Source: Minutocellus sp. GHC0000111 (Eukaryota). Taken from it: a DNA stretch of 63,053 nucleotides. Positions 23,535-36,579 of the stretch are shown here, piece by piece. Below the pieces are notes generated by a model that worked only from the letters and a program-made list of their open reading frames with translations, made no database searches and was not told the DNA's origin. The stretch covers positions 4,526,001-4,589,053 of the forward strand of contig OZ361259.1 in the NCBI GenBank assembly GCA_977018835.1. Reading direction: 5' to 3'. The translations under genes and the position numbers were made by a program. The stretch's first letter is position 1; each line of letters begins with the position of its first letter.

Positions 23535-26500
23535 TCAAGCTGTGCCCATCGCAGCAACGCCAGCTGTCCCGACATTTGACACTGGAGGCGCAGCAGGAGC
23601 ACCATGGAATTGGTTCTTGCGGACGAAGCCATAGTTGCTAATGTGCAAAGTTCGGAGACCACCGAAGAATCGAGCAAAGCAAGATTTCTTGGTCTCAACA
23701 ATTTCAACGGTATGATATCTATCCTCGGGGGCGAGGATGGATTCAACATGGATGCCATACCTTTTGCGCTTTTCCATGTGCATCTTGGCTTCGGTCATTT
23801 CCTCAGCTTGGATAAGACCGTCGCCGACAATAATTGGGCCCGGCGCGTCGTGAATAATCTCACTCTTGAACAAGACCTTTGCAGCATCAACAATTATGAA
23901 AGCCACAATATTCATCAACCACACCCATCCAATGTTGGAACCGGGAACTTCGTACGAAAGCGAAGCAATCAGACTACCAATCACTGCCGTTCCAAGAACA
24001 GACGCAACCAGATACTTCGAGGGGGCTGATTCCCAGAAGAACGATCCGGTGCGGGCGGAAAATATCATGAATTCCGTGGCCAAAATAAGGTAGAACCAGA
24101 TAAAGCCTCGGGTGGCGCGGGTGCACATTTCGAGAGAGAAATTGCCCGAAAGATGGTCGTTACGTTCAATGACAAAGAATACAATAAGTGCCAGCGACGT
24201 GTGGACGACGCCAAAGAAAAAGCTAACCATGACAAGCTTCGACGCCTTGGGAAGTTGAGGCTTGGCAGCGGCCTGCGCGTTGTCATGGCAACCGGTATCA
24301 TGCTGTGTTATCATTTACGAAGGAAACGAGATGAAATACAAGGTGAGAAACAAAATATTTGATACGATCGTATGGAATCTCGAGAGAAGAATCATTGCTT
24401 TTCCATTGACCAAGGGAACATACCTAATGTCGTTGAGCAGAGCCAGAACAATGACTAGAAGCGAATCGACGGCACATCCTGTAACAAAGATGACGATGGA
24501 GAGAGTAAGGACGAGGAGAATAGATGCTGCAATCCGGTAGACAACGTAACTCTTGACGCGGGCAAAGATACGACGAGACTCGAGGACGGCACCATAGATA
24601 GGGCTGAGGCCGGCTTCGGTCAGGATCAAATCAGCAGCATTTTTGGCGGCGTCGGTGGCGCCCTCAACTGCGATACCAACCTGGGCTGCACTCAGAGCAG
24701 GCGCATCGTTGACACCGTCTCCTGTCATTCCCGTAACAACACCGTATTCGTTCCTAAGGGTAAGCACGACCTCTCGCTTGTCACTAGGAAGCACTGCAGC
24801 AAATCCGTCTGCCTGCCAGATCATCTCCTTCTTTTGCTGCTCGTTGGCGGTCGTGCGAATCTCTTCTCCGGGATGGATGTTCTGTCCAAGTCCGATGAGT
24901 CGGGCCGTCTCTTTAGCCACGTTCTGATGGTCTCCAGTAATCATTTTGACTGATATATTGGCGTGGTGGAGCGAATTGATTGTGAGGGCGGTATCTGTTT
25001 GAATTAGAGAGAGAGAGAAAAAGAGAGAGAGTTTGCAGAAGATGCAGCAGAAATGGTAAGGTTATAATATTGGAAAAATCCTCAATGATAAAATGGCAGA
25101 TGATAACTCAACAGACTGGCATACCTTCACGAGGAGGATCAATCATTGGGAGCAGGCCAACAAACTTAAAGACCGGAGCGTCAGCCTCTCGGGCATCGCC
25201 CTCGTAAATGGCAATTGCGATAGTCTTGTACACAGCCTTGCTGAGATCTTTTCCCTTTTCTTCCAGAGCAGCCACGAAGGCTTTCTCACCGGCTTTCTCG
25301 CATTTCCACTGGATTTCACCAGAATCAAGACCCCCCGCGGACGTGTCTACAATCTTGGCGGGCAATCCTTTTGCGACTGTCATGATATTCCCGTCCTTCT
25401 TCCGGACGAAGCCGATGGTTCGTTTGACTTCAGGATTGAAGCCGATAACAGACTCTTGCTTATATCCAATCTCCTCCAATTTCTTTTTCCGGCCTCATCC
25501 TTCTCAAACGCTTGGAGGGTCGCTCGATCAATTGGATCATCCTTCTTATCTGGATTCGAACAGAGGGACGCAAAAAGCAAAACGTCCTCCTTCTCAAATC
25601 CCTCTGCTGCGTGAATAGAATCGGGGATAATGCTCATCTTAGCTGTTGTGAGGGTACCCGTCTTGTCAGAACACAAAATCGACATCGAGGCGATATCCTG
25701 AAGCGCAGGGATGGAAGTAACAATGGCGTTGTTGTGCTTGGCAAGGAAGGCAGCTCCCAAGGCCATGTTGACCTGTAAGACGAGTGGCAAGGCTATTGGT
25801 ATGGCTGCAATCATGATGGATAGTGCTGAGAGGACAGTTTCCTTGGCGTCGACAGTGAAGCCATCGTATGCCAACCCAAGAACTAGGAGATAATTTTGAC
25901 AAGAATAAAGGCCGTAAGGTTAGATTGCCATACACATATATATAAGAAATACGAGCAGAGAATTGATTCGCAGCAGATCACTCACCTAGAAGGACTGCAA
26001 TCACAATGAAAAGCGAAACCAAGATGACTGCCTGGACTACGAACATGATCTTCTGATAGAATACACTCTCGACTTTGACCGCCTTATCTTTCATAACATC
26101 TGCCTGCGCCTGCCCAATCTCGGTATTGGTACCGGTAGCGGTGACCTGCCCATAACACTCGCCGGCCTTGACCGTTGTGCCGGAGAGCAAGACATCACCA
26201 TACTCTTCACTGGGATACTTGCGCGGTATCGGCTCGCCCGTCAGAGCTGCCGTATCAATCGACATTTCATCACCTCTCAACCATTTAATGTCGGCTGGAA
26301 TGATAGTGCCGCCTACCAAAAACGCAATATCACCAGGGACCAGTTCGGTAGTGGGAATTTCAATCGCCTTGCCTCCATCGCGAAGGACGGTGATGGTGGC
26401 TTCAATGGAATTGGCCAACTCGTCCAAGCTTTTCTTGGCATGGTATTCCTCTCGGAAGCCGAGGCATCCGTTCACCAAGAGCATACCACATACAATGGCA

Positions 26501-26920
26501 AAGTCAACGTAGTCCTGAGTTTGAAGCGATGGCATAAGTAGGGTGAAAAATATGTTTTGATGACAAGTATGCAAGGATCACCAACTCACTTGAACCGCAA
26601 GGTTCATAAGTAAGTAGGATGAGACAATTGATTGTATTATGAGTATGAATCCAACTCACCTGAACCGCAAGCGAAATGATGGCAGCCAGCTCGATTAGAA
26701 ATGGCATGAAGCCAGTGAACTGACGGAGGAAGAGCACGTAAAGTGGCGTAACTTCCACCTCGATTTCGTTCCGTCCCCATGCCTCGAGTGATTTCTCAAC
26801 CTCGGCGGTCGAAAGACCCTTGGTCGAGTCGGTCTCCCAGCCCTTCCCACCGATCTCAGATGGTGGAGGAGTCGGCGCCTCCTCATCGACGAATGCCTTG
26901 TCAATCTTCGTATCGGACAT
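23535..26920 (-). CDS. P-type plasma-membrane H+-ATPase (P3A), 5 exons, two apparent frameshifts
   Basis: TGEP, IPIALP, CSDKTGTLT, DDPID, DPPR, MITGDH and MTGDGVNDAPAL. Introns at about 26516-26660, 25884-25985, 24995-25123 and 24302-24423. Frameshifts at ~25486 and ~24286. Confidence 0.9.
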
Positions 26921-27219
26921 GCTTGCGAAATGTTTGTAAATTCTTTGATCTAATTTGTGACAGACCGAGCGGATCTTTCAAAGGGGCGGAAAAGTCGGCA
27001 GAACTTTGTGACTTTCTCGCCCTACGTGTACGATCTGGCGTATCTTTCTGGCCAATTTGATTGACCAAAATTAAATTATCCGGATACCCAACACAAAATG
27101 TGCGGTGATGTGCTGGAAACAATTGGCTTTGCAATCTCTCAAAAGCTTGTTACTTCTTATCTCTCGTCTCTATTTGCGTCGGAAATGAAGCATATCGATA
27201 TCTTCGATGTCTCTCGTCT

Positions 27220-27263
27220 GTCCGTCCGTCCGTCCGTCCGTCCGTCCGTCCGTCCGTCCGTCC
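27220..27263. repeat. (TCCG)n microsatellite in a divergent promoter region
   Basis: About 11 tandem TCCG units read directly from the sequence. Confidence 0.9.
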
Positions 27264-27451
27264 AAAGACTCGGCCTGTCCGTCGCTTTTGCTTCTGACCT
27301 GCTTCGGTCGAGCTCTCGCTATTGCTCGATTGGCCGGCTGCGCGGCTGACTGCTGCTCTGCTGAATTGCATGCTGATCAGAGATACGGGAAAGGGCGGCC
27401 TGTGGGATAACGTCACCAATGCATCATCCTCCGACAATCGGAGAGGGCGGT

Positions 27452-28460
27452 ATGTCGGTGCTGGCACGTGGCCTGGCCTTTGCGCCTCCGTTCGTTCGCA
27501 ATCGGCATCAAGCACGGAGCCTGTTGGAACCCTTCATTTCCACTGCACCATTGCCCTCAGCATCCACCTGCCGATCGTCTGTTCCAATAATAGCCTCTGC
27601 TAGTCCATTCTCAGCGCTTGCCTCAAGCAACATCAATGACTTAACTGATTTGGTCAGCGCTGATGGTGCAAACACCGCGGTTACTGATGATATAAGAAAT
27701 GGCAACAACTCGGATTTGGACGAAGATGTTATCGACGAGACGACATTGCATGCTCTTATTCACGGAGACGACGACAAAGACTCGGGGGAAACTGGCACCG
27801 ATACTGACGCCCAACCACCAGCTGGTCTTATCGATGGCTTCTACGTCGTCAAACAATACCAAACGCCTCAAACATTCGACCTGTCATCTCCAGCACTCGT
27901 TGCAATAGATGGAAAGCGAGTATCACTTTCTTCGACCAATGTGACTCTTCCCGTTGCCCTCATGCTGATAGATCCCGAGGAATACCCATCTCTATCTCGC
28001 GCACGAAAGGCGATACGGCAAAAGAGCATTGTCGTGCATAGAGGGGAGTTCAATGGCAGCAATGTCAATCAGCAATCATTTCCATTGAGCGCATTTGAGC
28101 GACCTCAAGCTTCCTGCTTCCATTGGCAAGGCGAGCGATCGCATCGTACCTGGTGATGTCATTGGGAAGCAAGTGCGTTTGTCGCATGGTCATTACAGCA
28201 AATTCATCGGCCTTTCCAAGCCACCGTTTGATCTACCAGTGCTGTATGAAGACGACCATATTGCTGTGGTGAATAAGCCAGCGGGCGTGGCCGTCTATGA
28301 TGGGAGGGAGAGAAGCCATGGTCGGAACACCATTCGATATGCCTTGCCTCATGTGCTCCAGCCACCGTCAATGACGACCAGCGTCAGTAGCGGTGATACC
28401 AATGGACCTCAACCGCTGAACCGACCGATCACGTGCCATCGGCTCGACATGCCAACGAGC
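27452..28460 (+). pseudogene. RluA/RluD-family pseudouridine synthase, frameshifted and 3'-truncated
   Basis: S4-like SLSRARKAIR, VLYEDDHIAVVNKPAG and CHRLDMPTS, after which homology stops. A 10-nt insertion at 28091-28100 shifts the frame. Confidence 0.75.
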
Positions 28461-30784
28461 CTAGGAAGCCCAACTCGGTCAAGCCGTTTCAGCTCACCCA
28501 GCTCCAAAAGACGCTGAACCGGCGGAAGCAGCATCTGGACAGACTGAGTGAGGAGGAATTGCAGACGGTGCTTGACTTGGTCATTGAGACGCTGTACGGC
28601 GGTGACGGTGGGGGCAAGAGACCCGCGGCAGGTAGCAACGGCGGCGGCAGTGGCGGCGGCAGGCTGGCGGACGCCATTGAGAGTCTCCCATACGCCAACG
28701 ACGAGCTACGAAACAACAGCCGCAACGACACGGCTGCATCAGCAACAGCAGTCCACAGCAAGCTCAAGGAGAACGTGGTATTCGGTCTGACGGCGGCATT
28801 CTACGCCAGCATCAACGACGAATTGACCAAGGGACAGCGCAACGCGGCACTGCGCTCGGTCAAGACGATTCTGGGGGGTATCGACGCATCGCGGAAGGAC
28901 GCGGTCGAGCGCAATTTGCGAAAGGAGAAGGAACGGAGAGACCAGGAGCAGGCCAACGAGAAGGCGGCCAAGGAGACGGAAAGGGCTCAGCAGAAGGAGA
29001 AGGAAAGAGAGAAACAAGCAAGAGATAATACTGCCGAGACCAGTGCCGCTTCTGCAGGTTCCAGTAGCGCCAACACAGAACCCACCAGCGGCTCGAAAGA
29101 TAAGAAAAGCGACAGTGGCAAGATGGGGTCATTGCTTTCTACGGGCCGTGATGCCAATGCCAATGACGACGACGATAGCGATGATGAAGTGGTCATTCTG
29201 GACGGACCACCTTCTCCACCTCCTGCTGGCCGAAAGGACAGGCCACTTCCCAAGCCCAAGCAGGAAGCGGATGGCAACAACGATGCCACGAGCAATGGTG
29301 CTCCCCCCGCCCCCGCCGCCCCTGTCCCTCCAGAAGTTCCAACCAGACCTCGGCACCGACAGGACAAGTCTGCTGCGGCGATCCCACAAGCAATGGCATT
29401 GCTGCCCGATACGAATAAGCCGCGCCATTCCGCCTCGATCCATCCCCGGCCAAAGGCTAAGCTGACCTTCGATGGCTCGATTGATCCTCAACGAGGCACC
29501 GTCATCGATGAGGTCACGCTCGACGACGTTCGGTCGAGATTGGCCAAGTGGGATCCCTACTGGGACGTTGTTCACGAATTTAGCTCTGGGTCGTCGAATG
29601 GTCTTGTTCCGACTGACTTTGAGTGGGGGAGGCGGACAGGCCCAGTGTCTGCCTACAAAGAGCTGGGCAAGCGCTCCAGTGAACTAAAAAATGCCGAAAA
29701 GTATGAGATTGTAACAGCGGGCGCAGTGAAAGTGCACGTCGATCCCAATGACGTTGGTCTGAGGGCCAAGCTCAATTCTGGAAAGAATGGAGTTATGAAG
29801 TGGGGCAAGTCGGCCAGTCCAGCACCCAGCAGATACAGCACCGGCGATCGGCGCTGCATTCTCCGCATGTTGCCCTTGTATGCCACCGATGCCGAGCGAG
29901 CCAAGCAGCGGAAGAAGAGAGCCGATACGCATCTTTGGCCTATCGGCACCTTTATTCAATACAATAATCGTGCTGTGACTATCGTTCAACGAAAGCAGCA
30001 GTCACATGACCATACAGAGTGGAAGGGGATGTCACATGCCCTTGATGTGACAGATTTAGTGTCCGACGTATACTCTACTACCCTTCCCAATATGGTCGAG
30101 ATTGCCACCAGAGAGGCGACGCCATATGCCATTCACTTGGCCGTTTGTGATTATGTCGGCCCCGATACTCTCTACGACCGCCTCATGGCAAGAAACGGGC
30201 CGCACTCTATCCTCAAATATGACTACGACGAGGCTCTCAAGGTGGCATTGGACTATGTCAAGAACCAGATGGTTGTCCTTGATAGCGATTCTGAGGATGA
30301 TGACGATGATCCTGACCACGAGGGATCGTCGCAGCAGTACTCGCTATTGTGTCCCCTATCAATGTCGGCTATGCAGACGCCAGTCCGAGGGAAGGACTGT
30401 CGTCACATTGCCTGCTTTGACCTGCGCAATTGGCTTCACAATAATGTCACCGTGGGCGGTACCCGGTGGAGATGTGGCCATTGTGAGAACTTCCTCGCAC
30501 CGTCCGATCTGCTCGTAGATGGTATGTTTTGTCGCTTCCTCGAGCAGACCCAGGGACAGATCAGCAGTGCCCGCGACAAGGTTCAGCTCAACTCCGATGG
30601 TACATGGGAACTGATGGATGCCAACAAACTCCGATACCAAAACAACAAGAGAGGTAGCGGTGAACTGGGAGACAGCAACGGTAATGCCCTGAAGAGAAGC
30701 AAGATCGAGCCAGGAGCTCCGTCGCCGGTACCTAATGGCGGTGGTGGAGAACGTGAGATTATTGAGCTGGACGATTCGGATTGA
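28460..30784 (+). CDS. SP-RING/zf-MIZ (PIAS/Siz-like SUMO E3 ligase) protein, 5' end apparently missing
   Basis: SLLCPLS..PVRGKDCRHIACFD..WRCGHC; SIM-like EVVILD, VVLDSDSEDD and IIELDDSD; no in-frame ATG near the 5' end of the ORF. Confidence 0.8.
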   Translation, partial: PRKPNSVKPFQLTQLQKTLNRRKQHLDRLSEEELQTVLDLVIETLYGGDGGGKRPAAGSNGGGSGGGRLADAIESLPYANDELRNNSRNDTAASATAVHSKLKENVVFGLTAAFYASINDELTKGQRNAALRSVKTILGGIDASRKDAVERNLRKEKERRDQEQANEKAAKETERAQQKEKEREKQARDNTAETSAASAGSSSANTEPTSGSKDKKSDSGKMGSLLSTGRDANANDDDDSDDEVVILDGPPSPPPAGRKDRPLPKPKQEADGNNDATSNGAPPAPAAPVPPEVPTRPRHRQDKSAAAIPQAMALLPDTNKPRHSASIHPRPKAKLTFDGSIDPQRGTVIDEVTLDDVRSRLAKWDPYWDVVHEFSSGSSNGLVPTDFEWGRRTGPVSAYKELGKRSSELKNAEKYEIVTAGAVKVHVDPNDVGLRAKLNSGKNGVMKWGKSASPAPSRYSTGDRRCILRMLPLYATDAERAKQRKKRADTHLWPIGTFIQYNNRAVTIVQRKQQSHDHTEWKGMSHALDVTDLVSDVYSTTLPNMVEIATREATPYAIHLAVCDYVGPDTLYDRLMARNGPHSILKYDYDEALKVALDYVKNQMVVLDSDSEDDDDDPDHEGSSQQYSLLCPLSMSAMQTPVRGKDCRHIACFDLRNWLHNNVTVGGTRWRCGHCENFLAPSDLLVDGMFCRFLEQTQGQISSARDKVQLNSDGTWELMDANKLRYQNNKRGSGELGDSNGNALKRSKIEPGAPSPVPNGGGGEREIIELDDSD

Positions 30785-31200
30785 GTTGGTCGTGGGTCTA
30801 GTTCTAGAAAAGATAGATGGTGCTTCTTCTAACTTTTGACTTTGAACGCTTTTAGATGGGCCAGTGACCCAAGCTGCCAACTTTTGAAGTTGCCGTTTTT
30901 TGTTGAACGGGATGGCCTTTAATTCTTACATGTATGAAAATTCGACGTCATCATGAATTTGACTTGTTCGACTCGCACCACGCACGAAGAGAAGCCAAGC
31001 CATCGCCAGCCAAGTTGCAAAGTGATGTGCTCATTCGTCTTCGAAGATCGTTATGCTTGGATACCGGTCAATTGATTGACCTCCAGCTGTCCACACCTTG
31101 ATCCCATTCCCTTACAAAGACATTGATCATTTCCTCCAATCTTCGCTCTGCACGATCGATTGATACTTCTTCCACAGCGCACTCAACCCAACCAAGCAAG

Positions 31201-34200
31201 ATGACCATCCGCTTCAGCCCTCTCGTGCTGACGCTGGTGATGGCCTCGTCCATCACCGCACCCACGGCCGCGTTTCATGCTCCCAATGCCGCCCAGCTGT
31301 CACGAGCGGCTACAGGACTGTCGCCATTCATGGGTCAGCGATTTGTTCCCAATGGCGTGACTACTCGCAACGTCAACAACAATAACGTGAAGGTATCTGC
31401 TGCACCTCAGGCACGCCGGTCCAAGCGCCGCTCCGCCACCACGGCCCTGCGAATGTCCTCCAACGACTACTTCAACGAACAGACGTACACGGAGGCGGCA
31501 TGGTCGGCCATGATCTCACTGCAATCGGCCGCGGAGAGCTACCAGGCCACCCAAGTCGAGGCTCCCATGCTCCTCGACACGCTCCTCAACCCCTCCAAAT
31601 ACAGCGGCAAGGATTCCGCCGACAGCGCCCGGCAGGTGGCCGAGGGTGTCCTGACCAAGGCCGGGGTGAACATGGACACCCTCCGGTCGGAGCTGGAGGG
31701 TTATTTCAAGAAGCAGCCCAAGGTGTCCGGTGGGTCGGGGCAGATCACCATGGGGCGCAATCTAAACGCCGTCCTGCGCAAGGCGACCGATGCCAAGAAG
31801 CAGCTGCGCGATTCGTTCATTTCGGTCGAGGCCCTGGTGCTGGCGCTGGTGCAGGAGGACACGCTGTTTACGAGGGATGCCCTGACGAGACAGGGCGTCA
31901 AGTATACCGAGGTGCAGTGGGCCGCCGAGCAGCTGAGGGAGGAGAAGGGACCGGCCAACTCCCGCAGTGCGGAAAACATGTACGATGCTCTGGACAAGTA
32001 TGGGATTGACTTTTCCGAGCGGGCCCGGCAGGGCAAGTTGGTAAGTGAAAGGATCGTGGAGTAGGATATTGCTGGCATACGAAGGCAATGTGTATTCGTA
32101 TTCTAGTGCATTGGATTCGAACTCTCAATTCACTAACCACGTTTCTTCCCTTTCATGCCTGTAGGATCCTGTGATTGGTCGTGATGATGAGATTCGCCGA
32201 GCCATTCAAATCTTGTCTCGTCGTACGAAAAACAATCCGGTTCTCATCGGCGATCCTGGCGTAGGTAAGACTGCGATTGCCGAGGGCATTGCCCAACGAA
32301 TGATCGATGGAGACGTTCCCGATAGCATGAAGCCCCCGTGCCGCTTGATCGGCCTTGATCTTGGTGCACTGGTCGCCGGTGCGACGATGCGTGGCGAATT
32401 CGAGGAGCGGCTCAAGTGTGTTTTGGAGGAGGTGACCAAGAGCGAGGGCGAGATTATTCTCTTCATCGATGAGATGCACACTGTGGTCGGCGCCGGTGCC
32501 GCCGGTGGCTCCATGGATGCTTCGAATCTGCTAAAGCCTGCTCTGGCCCGTGGCGAGATCCGATGCATCGGTGCCACGACCAACGATGAGTACCGCAAGT
32601 ACATTGAAAAGGACAAGGCTCTCGAGCGTCGATTTCAGCAAGTTGTGATTGATCAGCCATCGCCGGAGGACACCGTTAGTATTCTCCGTGGATTGAAGCC
32701 AAGATATGAGATTCACCACGGCGTCCGTATCCGAGATGAAGCACTGCTCGCTGCTGCCAAGCTTTCTCATCGCTACATCCCGGATAGATTTTTACCTGAT
32801 AAGGCCATTGACCTTGTGGACGAGGCATGTGCCAAGTTGAAGAATGAGCTTTCGTCCAAGCCTGTCATTCTCGACGAGATTGACCGACAGGTCATTCAGC
32901 TCGAGATGGAGCGTTTGTCGCTACAGTCCGACTACGAGAAGACCGAAGAGGGAACGCGGGAGAACATGGAATCTGGTCAGAGATTGGCAAAAATCAACAA
33001 CAAGCTTGCGCAACTGGTGACTCAGCAAGAGGAATTGACCACGAAATGGCAGGCCGAGAGAGGCGGCGTTGGCAAGATTTCCGAGCTGAAGGAGCAAATT
33101 GTCGACGTTGATCTGCAAATTGAGCAGGCCGAGCGTGACTTTGATCTGAATAGAGCAGCCGAGTTGAAGTACTCTGTCCTCCCCAAACTGAAGGAGGAAT
33201 TGGAGGCAATCGAGAAGGCTTCTGCAGAGGTTGGTCAAGATGTTGATGGGGGCAAAATGTTGCGAGATGAAGTCACTGCCGATGACATTGCGGAAGTGAT
33301 TGCAGTTGCCACCGGTATTCCGCCTGAGCGTATGGTGGAGACCGAGCGGGAGAGACTTTTGTCGATGGAAGACAAGCTCCGAGAGCGTGTCAAGGGCCAG
33401 GATGAGGCCATCGAGGTAGTGACCGAAGCCATTCAGAGATCTCGTGCCGGCCTCAACGACCCCAGTAGACCGATCGCAAGCCTCATCTTTCTAGGACCAA
33501 CTGGAGTCGGAAAGACAGAATTATGCAAGGCCCTGTCGGAGTTTATGTTTGATTCTGAGGAGGTAAGTGTTTGTACACATTGTGGATGCCATGGTTTATC
33601 AGCCATGCTTGGACGGGTCATTTTCTTATTTGAATTGGTCCCGCTTTGTTTGCATCGATCAGACAAATATTAATATAGTTCTCATTCCTTCTTTTCCACA
33701 TCTCACCCCTCTATTATCTACGATTTCAGAACATGATTCGCATAGACATGTCTGAATTTATGGAGAAACACACCGTCAGTCGATTGGTCGGTGCACCTCC
33801 CGGCTATGTAGGCTATGATGAAGGTGGCCAGCTCACCGATGCCGTTCGGAGAAAGCCATATTCCGTTGTCCTCTTTGATGAAATGGAGAAGGCTCACCCC
33901 GATGTTTTCAATATCATGCTCCAGATGCTCGACGATGGCCGTGTCACCGATAGCAAGGGCCACGTCGTCAATTTCCGTAACTGCATCTGTATCTTTACAT
34001 CCAACGTAGGCTCGCAAGATATCTTGGAGTTGAATGGTATCGATGATGAACAGATGCGAGAACGAGTCACGAACGCCATGAAGGAGAAGTTCAAGCCCGA
34101 GTTCTTGAATCGCATCGACGAGTATGTGATCTTCAACTCTCTTGACAAGTCCAATCTCCGTGAGATTGTCAAGATTGAGGCCAGGCGTTTGGAAGGTAGA

Positions 34201-34509
34201 TTGCAAGAGCGCTCAATGAAATTGGCCATATCCGAGGCAGCTCTGGACCATTTGAGTGATGTTGGATTTGACCCTGTGTATGGAGCAAGGCCACTCAAGA
34301 GAACCATCCAGCGAGAGGTGGAGACTGCCATCTCCATCAAAATTTTGGAAGGTACGTTCAACGATGGCGACACTATCGTTGTTGATGTATCGGACGACGA
34401 CGACATCGTTATCCAGAAAGCAATTGGAGAGGTGGACTCTTTTCCAAGCGACGGCCGTGTCCGTGAGCCGGCAGACAAGAAAAAGAAGAAGAGAACTTAT
34501 GACGAGTAG
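31201..34509 (+). CDS. clpB: Plastid-targeted ClpB/Hsp100 chaperone
   Basis: Signal peptide + AAF motif; GDPGVGKT, middle coiled-coil domain, [26 protein letters not shown]. Introns 32041-32164 and 33563-33729. Confidence 0.95.
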
Positions 34510-34704
34510 GCCAAGAAACTTCTATAAGTATAAACGCTAATTTAAACATGAATCAGGTAGATATATATAACAATCAAAGAGTTGGCCTTTTGCAACAATA
34601 ATCTAACACCTACTACGTAGCTAGCGCATTCTTTTCCTCATTTGTAATATATATAAATCGAACTACGTAATACGAAAGTGTGGATGGTCTCGCCATCCAA
34701 TAAC

Positions 34705-35796
34705 TCATTTCGACAAACTCATGATTCCTCCAGCGACCAAATTTCCCAGCGGAAGTATCACCGCCTTTACCAAGATAGCTAGGAATCCAACCAACACTGT
34801 CGCTCCAAGACGGGCTGCCTTCTTGTGCTCCGACAGCAAGGTCTCTGGGAACTCCCGACTATCGGGCTTGACCTTGGCGAGTAGTGGTGCATAGGTTTCC
34901 TCTCCCTCACCCTCCTCAACATTCATTGCAGTAAGGGTAGTACGAGCGCAATTCTCGTAGTCAAGGGATTGGACGCAAAGGCTAGCAATGTCCTCATACC
35001 GAACTGCCGAGACCTTCATATCGCCACCATTGTCGGCCAGGGCAAGGACCTTGCCAGTCGGGATGTTTTCAGGTCCCATAACGCCAGGTCTCACGATAGT
35101 ATAGTCAATGTCCTTGCACTTTCTCAGCAGCTGTTCACCCTCGTAATTCCATGCCTTGGCCATGCTGCCCAGCATGTTGATCAAGATTGAGAAGATGCCA
35201 AAGGGATCCTCGCCCTTCCCCGTGATCCGAACGATTCGCTTGCAGGTTCTGGATTTGATGCATGCGTCCATCAGATTCTGCACTCCCACATAGTTGATAG
35301 AACGGGCGTGATTGGGTTCGGTTTCGGGGTTTAGCGGCGGGCAGAGCGACTTGAGCCCGGTGGGTCGCGCTCCATGCAGAGCTAGGACGGCAGTGCAGTC
35401 CTTGACCAGCGTTTCGAGGCTGTCCTTGTCGTTGATATCTCCCAGCACCAACTCGACGTTTGGTAGAGCCGCAAGATATGCTGCCACCTGTGCTCCTGTC
35501 GCATCCTTGGCAATTGATGGTGTGATGGACTTGTCGGCAATATCCACAGGCTTTCTGATAAGCGCCTTTGTTGGAATGTCCTTGTTGTTGAGGTCAATGA
35601 TGGCTTGTCGGCCAAGGCGGCCCGTTGTGCCCACAACAGCAACCTTCTTCGGGGCCAAGCCCGAGTCGGATGATGAGCCAGCCATTGCTAATAGTTGGAT
35701 AGAAATATGGTGAGATCCTCTTGCGAATGCGCTAGAACTCGTCGCCAGCGACAAAAGGACGACGGCGAAGAATAGCTTCAACAGCAGGGACGCCAT
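34705..35796 (-). CDS. NAD(P)-binding Rossmann protein (atypical SDR, NAD_binding_10-like), probably plastid-targeted
   Basis: VAVVGTTGRLG, INYVGVQNL, GEQLLR..DYTIVRPG; presequence SSSAFAR; C-terminal TM segment. Confidence 0.8.
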   Translation of the reverse strand: MASLLLKLFFAVVLLSLATSSSAFARGSHHISIQLLAMAGSSSDSGLAPKKVAVVGTTGRLGRQAIIDLNNKDIPTKALIRKPVDIADKSITPSIAKDATGAQVAAYLAALPNVELVLGDINDKDSLETLVKDCTAVLALHGARPTGLKSLCPPLNPETEPNHARSINYVGVQNLMDACIKSRTCKRIVRITGKGEDPFGIFSILINMLGSMAKAWNYEGEQLLRKCKDIDYTIVRPGVMGPENIPTGKVLALADNGGDMKVSAVRYEDIASLCVQSLDYENCARTTLTAMNVEEGEGEETYAPLLAKVKPDSREFPETLLSEHKKAARLGATVLVGFLAILVKAVILPLGNLVAGGIMSLSK

Positions 35797-35991
35797 CTTG
35801 CTGCGGGAAGTGTGATGTGACTTTTTCACGTCTTCACGCACATCACGCTTTTTAGAGATAGATCGAGAAAATACCAATGACCCAATTTTTAGATGTCAAC
35901 TGCCTGCCTGGCGTCTTGCCACGAAGCTGAAGATACGGCACGATGACTTGCCGCCACCTTCTTCCTTCACGCCTTTGCCTTCATTACGACC

Positions 35992-36579
35992 ATGCCCAAC
36001 GAGAACACCCCCTCCGCCTCCATATTTATCGCCACCTCGACCGATGGTTTCATTGCTGATAAAGACGGCAACGTCGACTGGTTGAACGACCTCCAAACAA
36101 GCCATCCTCTTCCTGAAGGCTATGATGGAGGATTCGGTGATTTCGTATCATCGGTCGATGCAATAGTCATGGGGCGAACGACCTACGATACTGTCTTGGG
36201 ATTTCTGGAATCTGGCATCGAATGGCCATATGAAACTTTGCCCGTGTTTGTATATACCAGTAACGCAGGTAATGTCAAGATTCCGGACACGTTGTCGAAA
36301 TATGTCAGGGCAGCAACTGGAAGCCCCAAAGAAGTGCTGCAGCTCGTTGCCTCTGCAGTGGATGGAGCAAAAGATGCATACGTGGATGGAGGGCGTACCA
36401 TTCGAACCTTTATGGACGAAGGCTTGGTCGGTAGAGCAATAATAACAGTTGTGCCCGTTTCCCTGGGCGACGGAATTCCTCTGCTTGAGCAGAAGCATAA
36501 AGACAAGCTCAAGGAAATATCGCGAGAGAAGATGCCGAACGGATTCATCCAGGTTGTTTATGATATTTCTGATAAGTAG
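35992..36579 (+). CDS. Dihydrofolate-reductase-like / RibD C-terminal domain protein
   Basis: FIATSTDGFIADKDGNVDWL, DAIVMGRTTYD, YVDGGRTIRTF, VPVSLGDGIPL. Confidence 0.85.
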   Translation: MPNENTPSASIFIATSTDGFIADKDGNVDWLNDLQTSHPLPEGYDGGFGDFVSSVDAIVMGRTTYDTVLGFLESGIEWPYETLPVFVYTSNAGNVKIPDTLSKYVRAATGSPKEVLQLVASAVDGAKDAYVDGGRTIRTFMDEGLVGRAIITVVPVSLGDGIPLLEQKHKDKLKEISREKMPNGFIQVVYDISDK

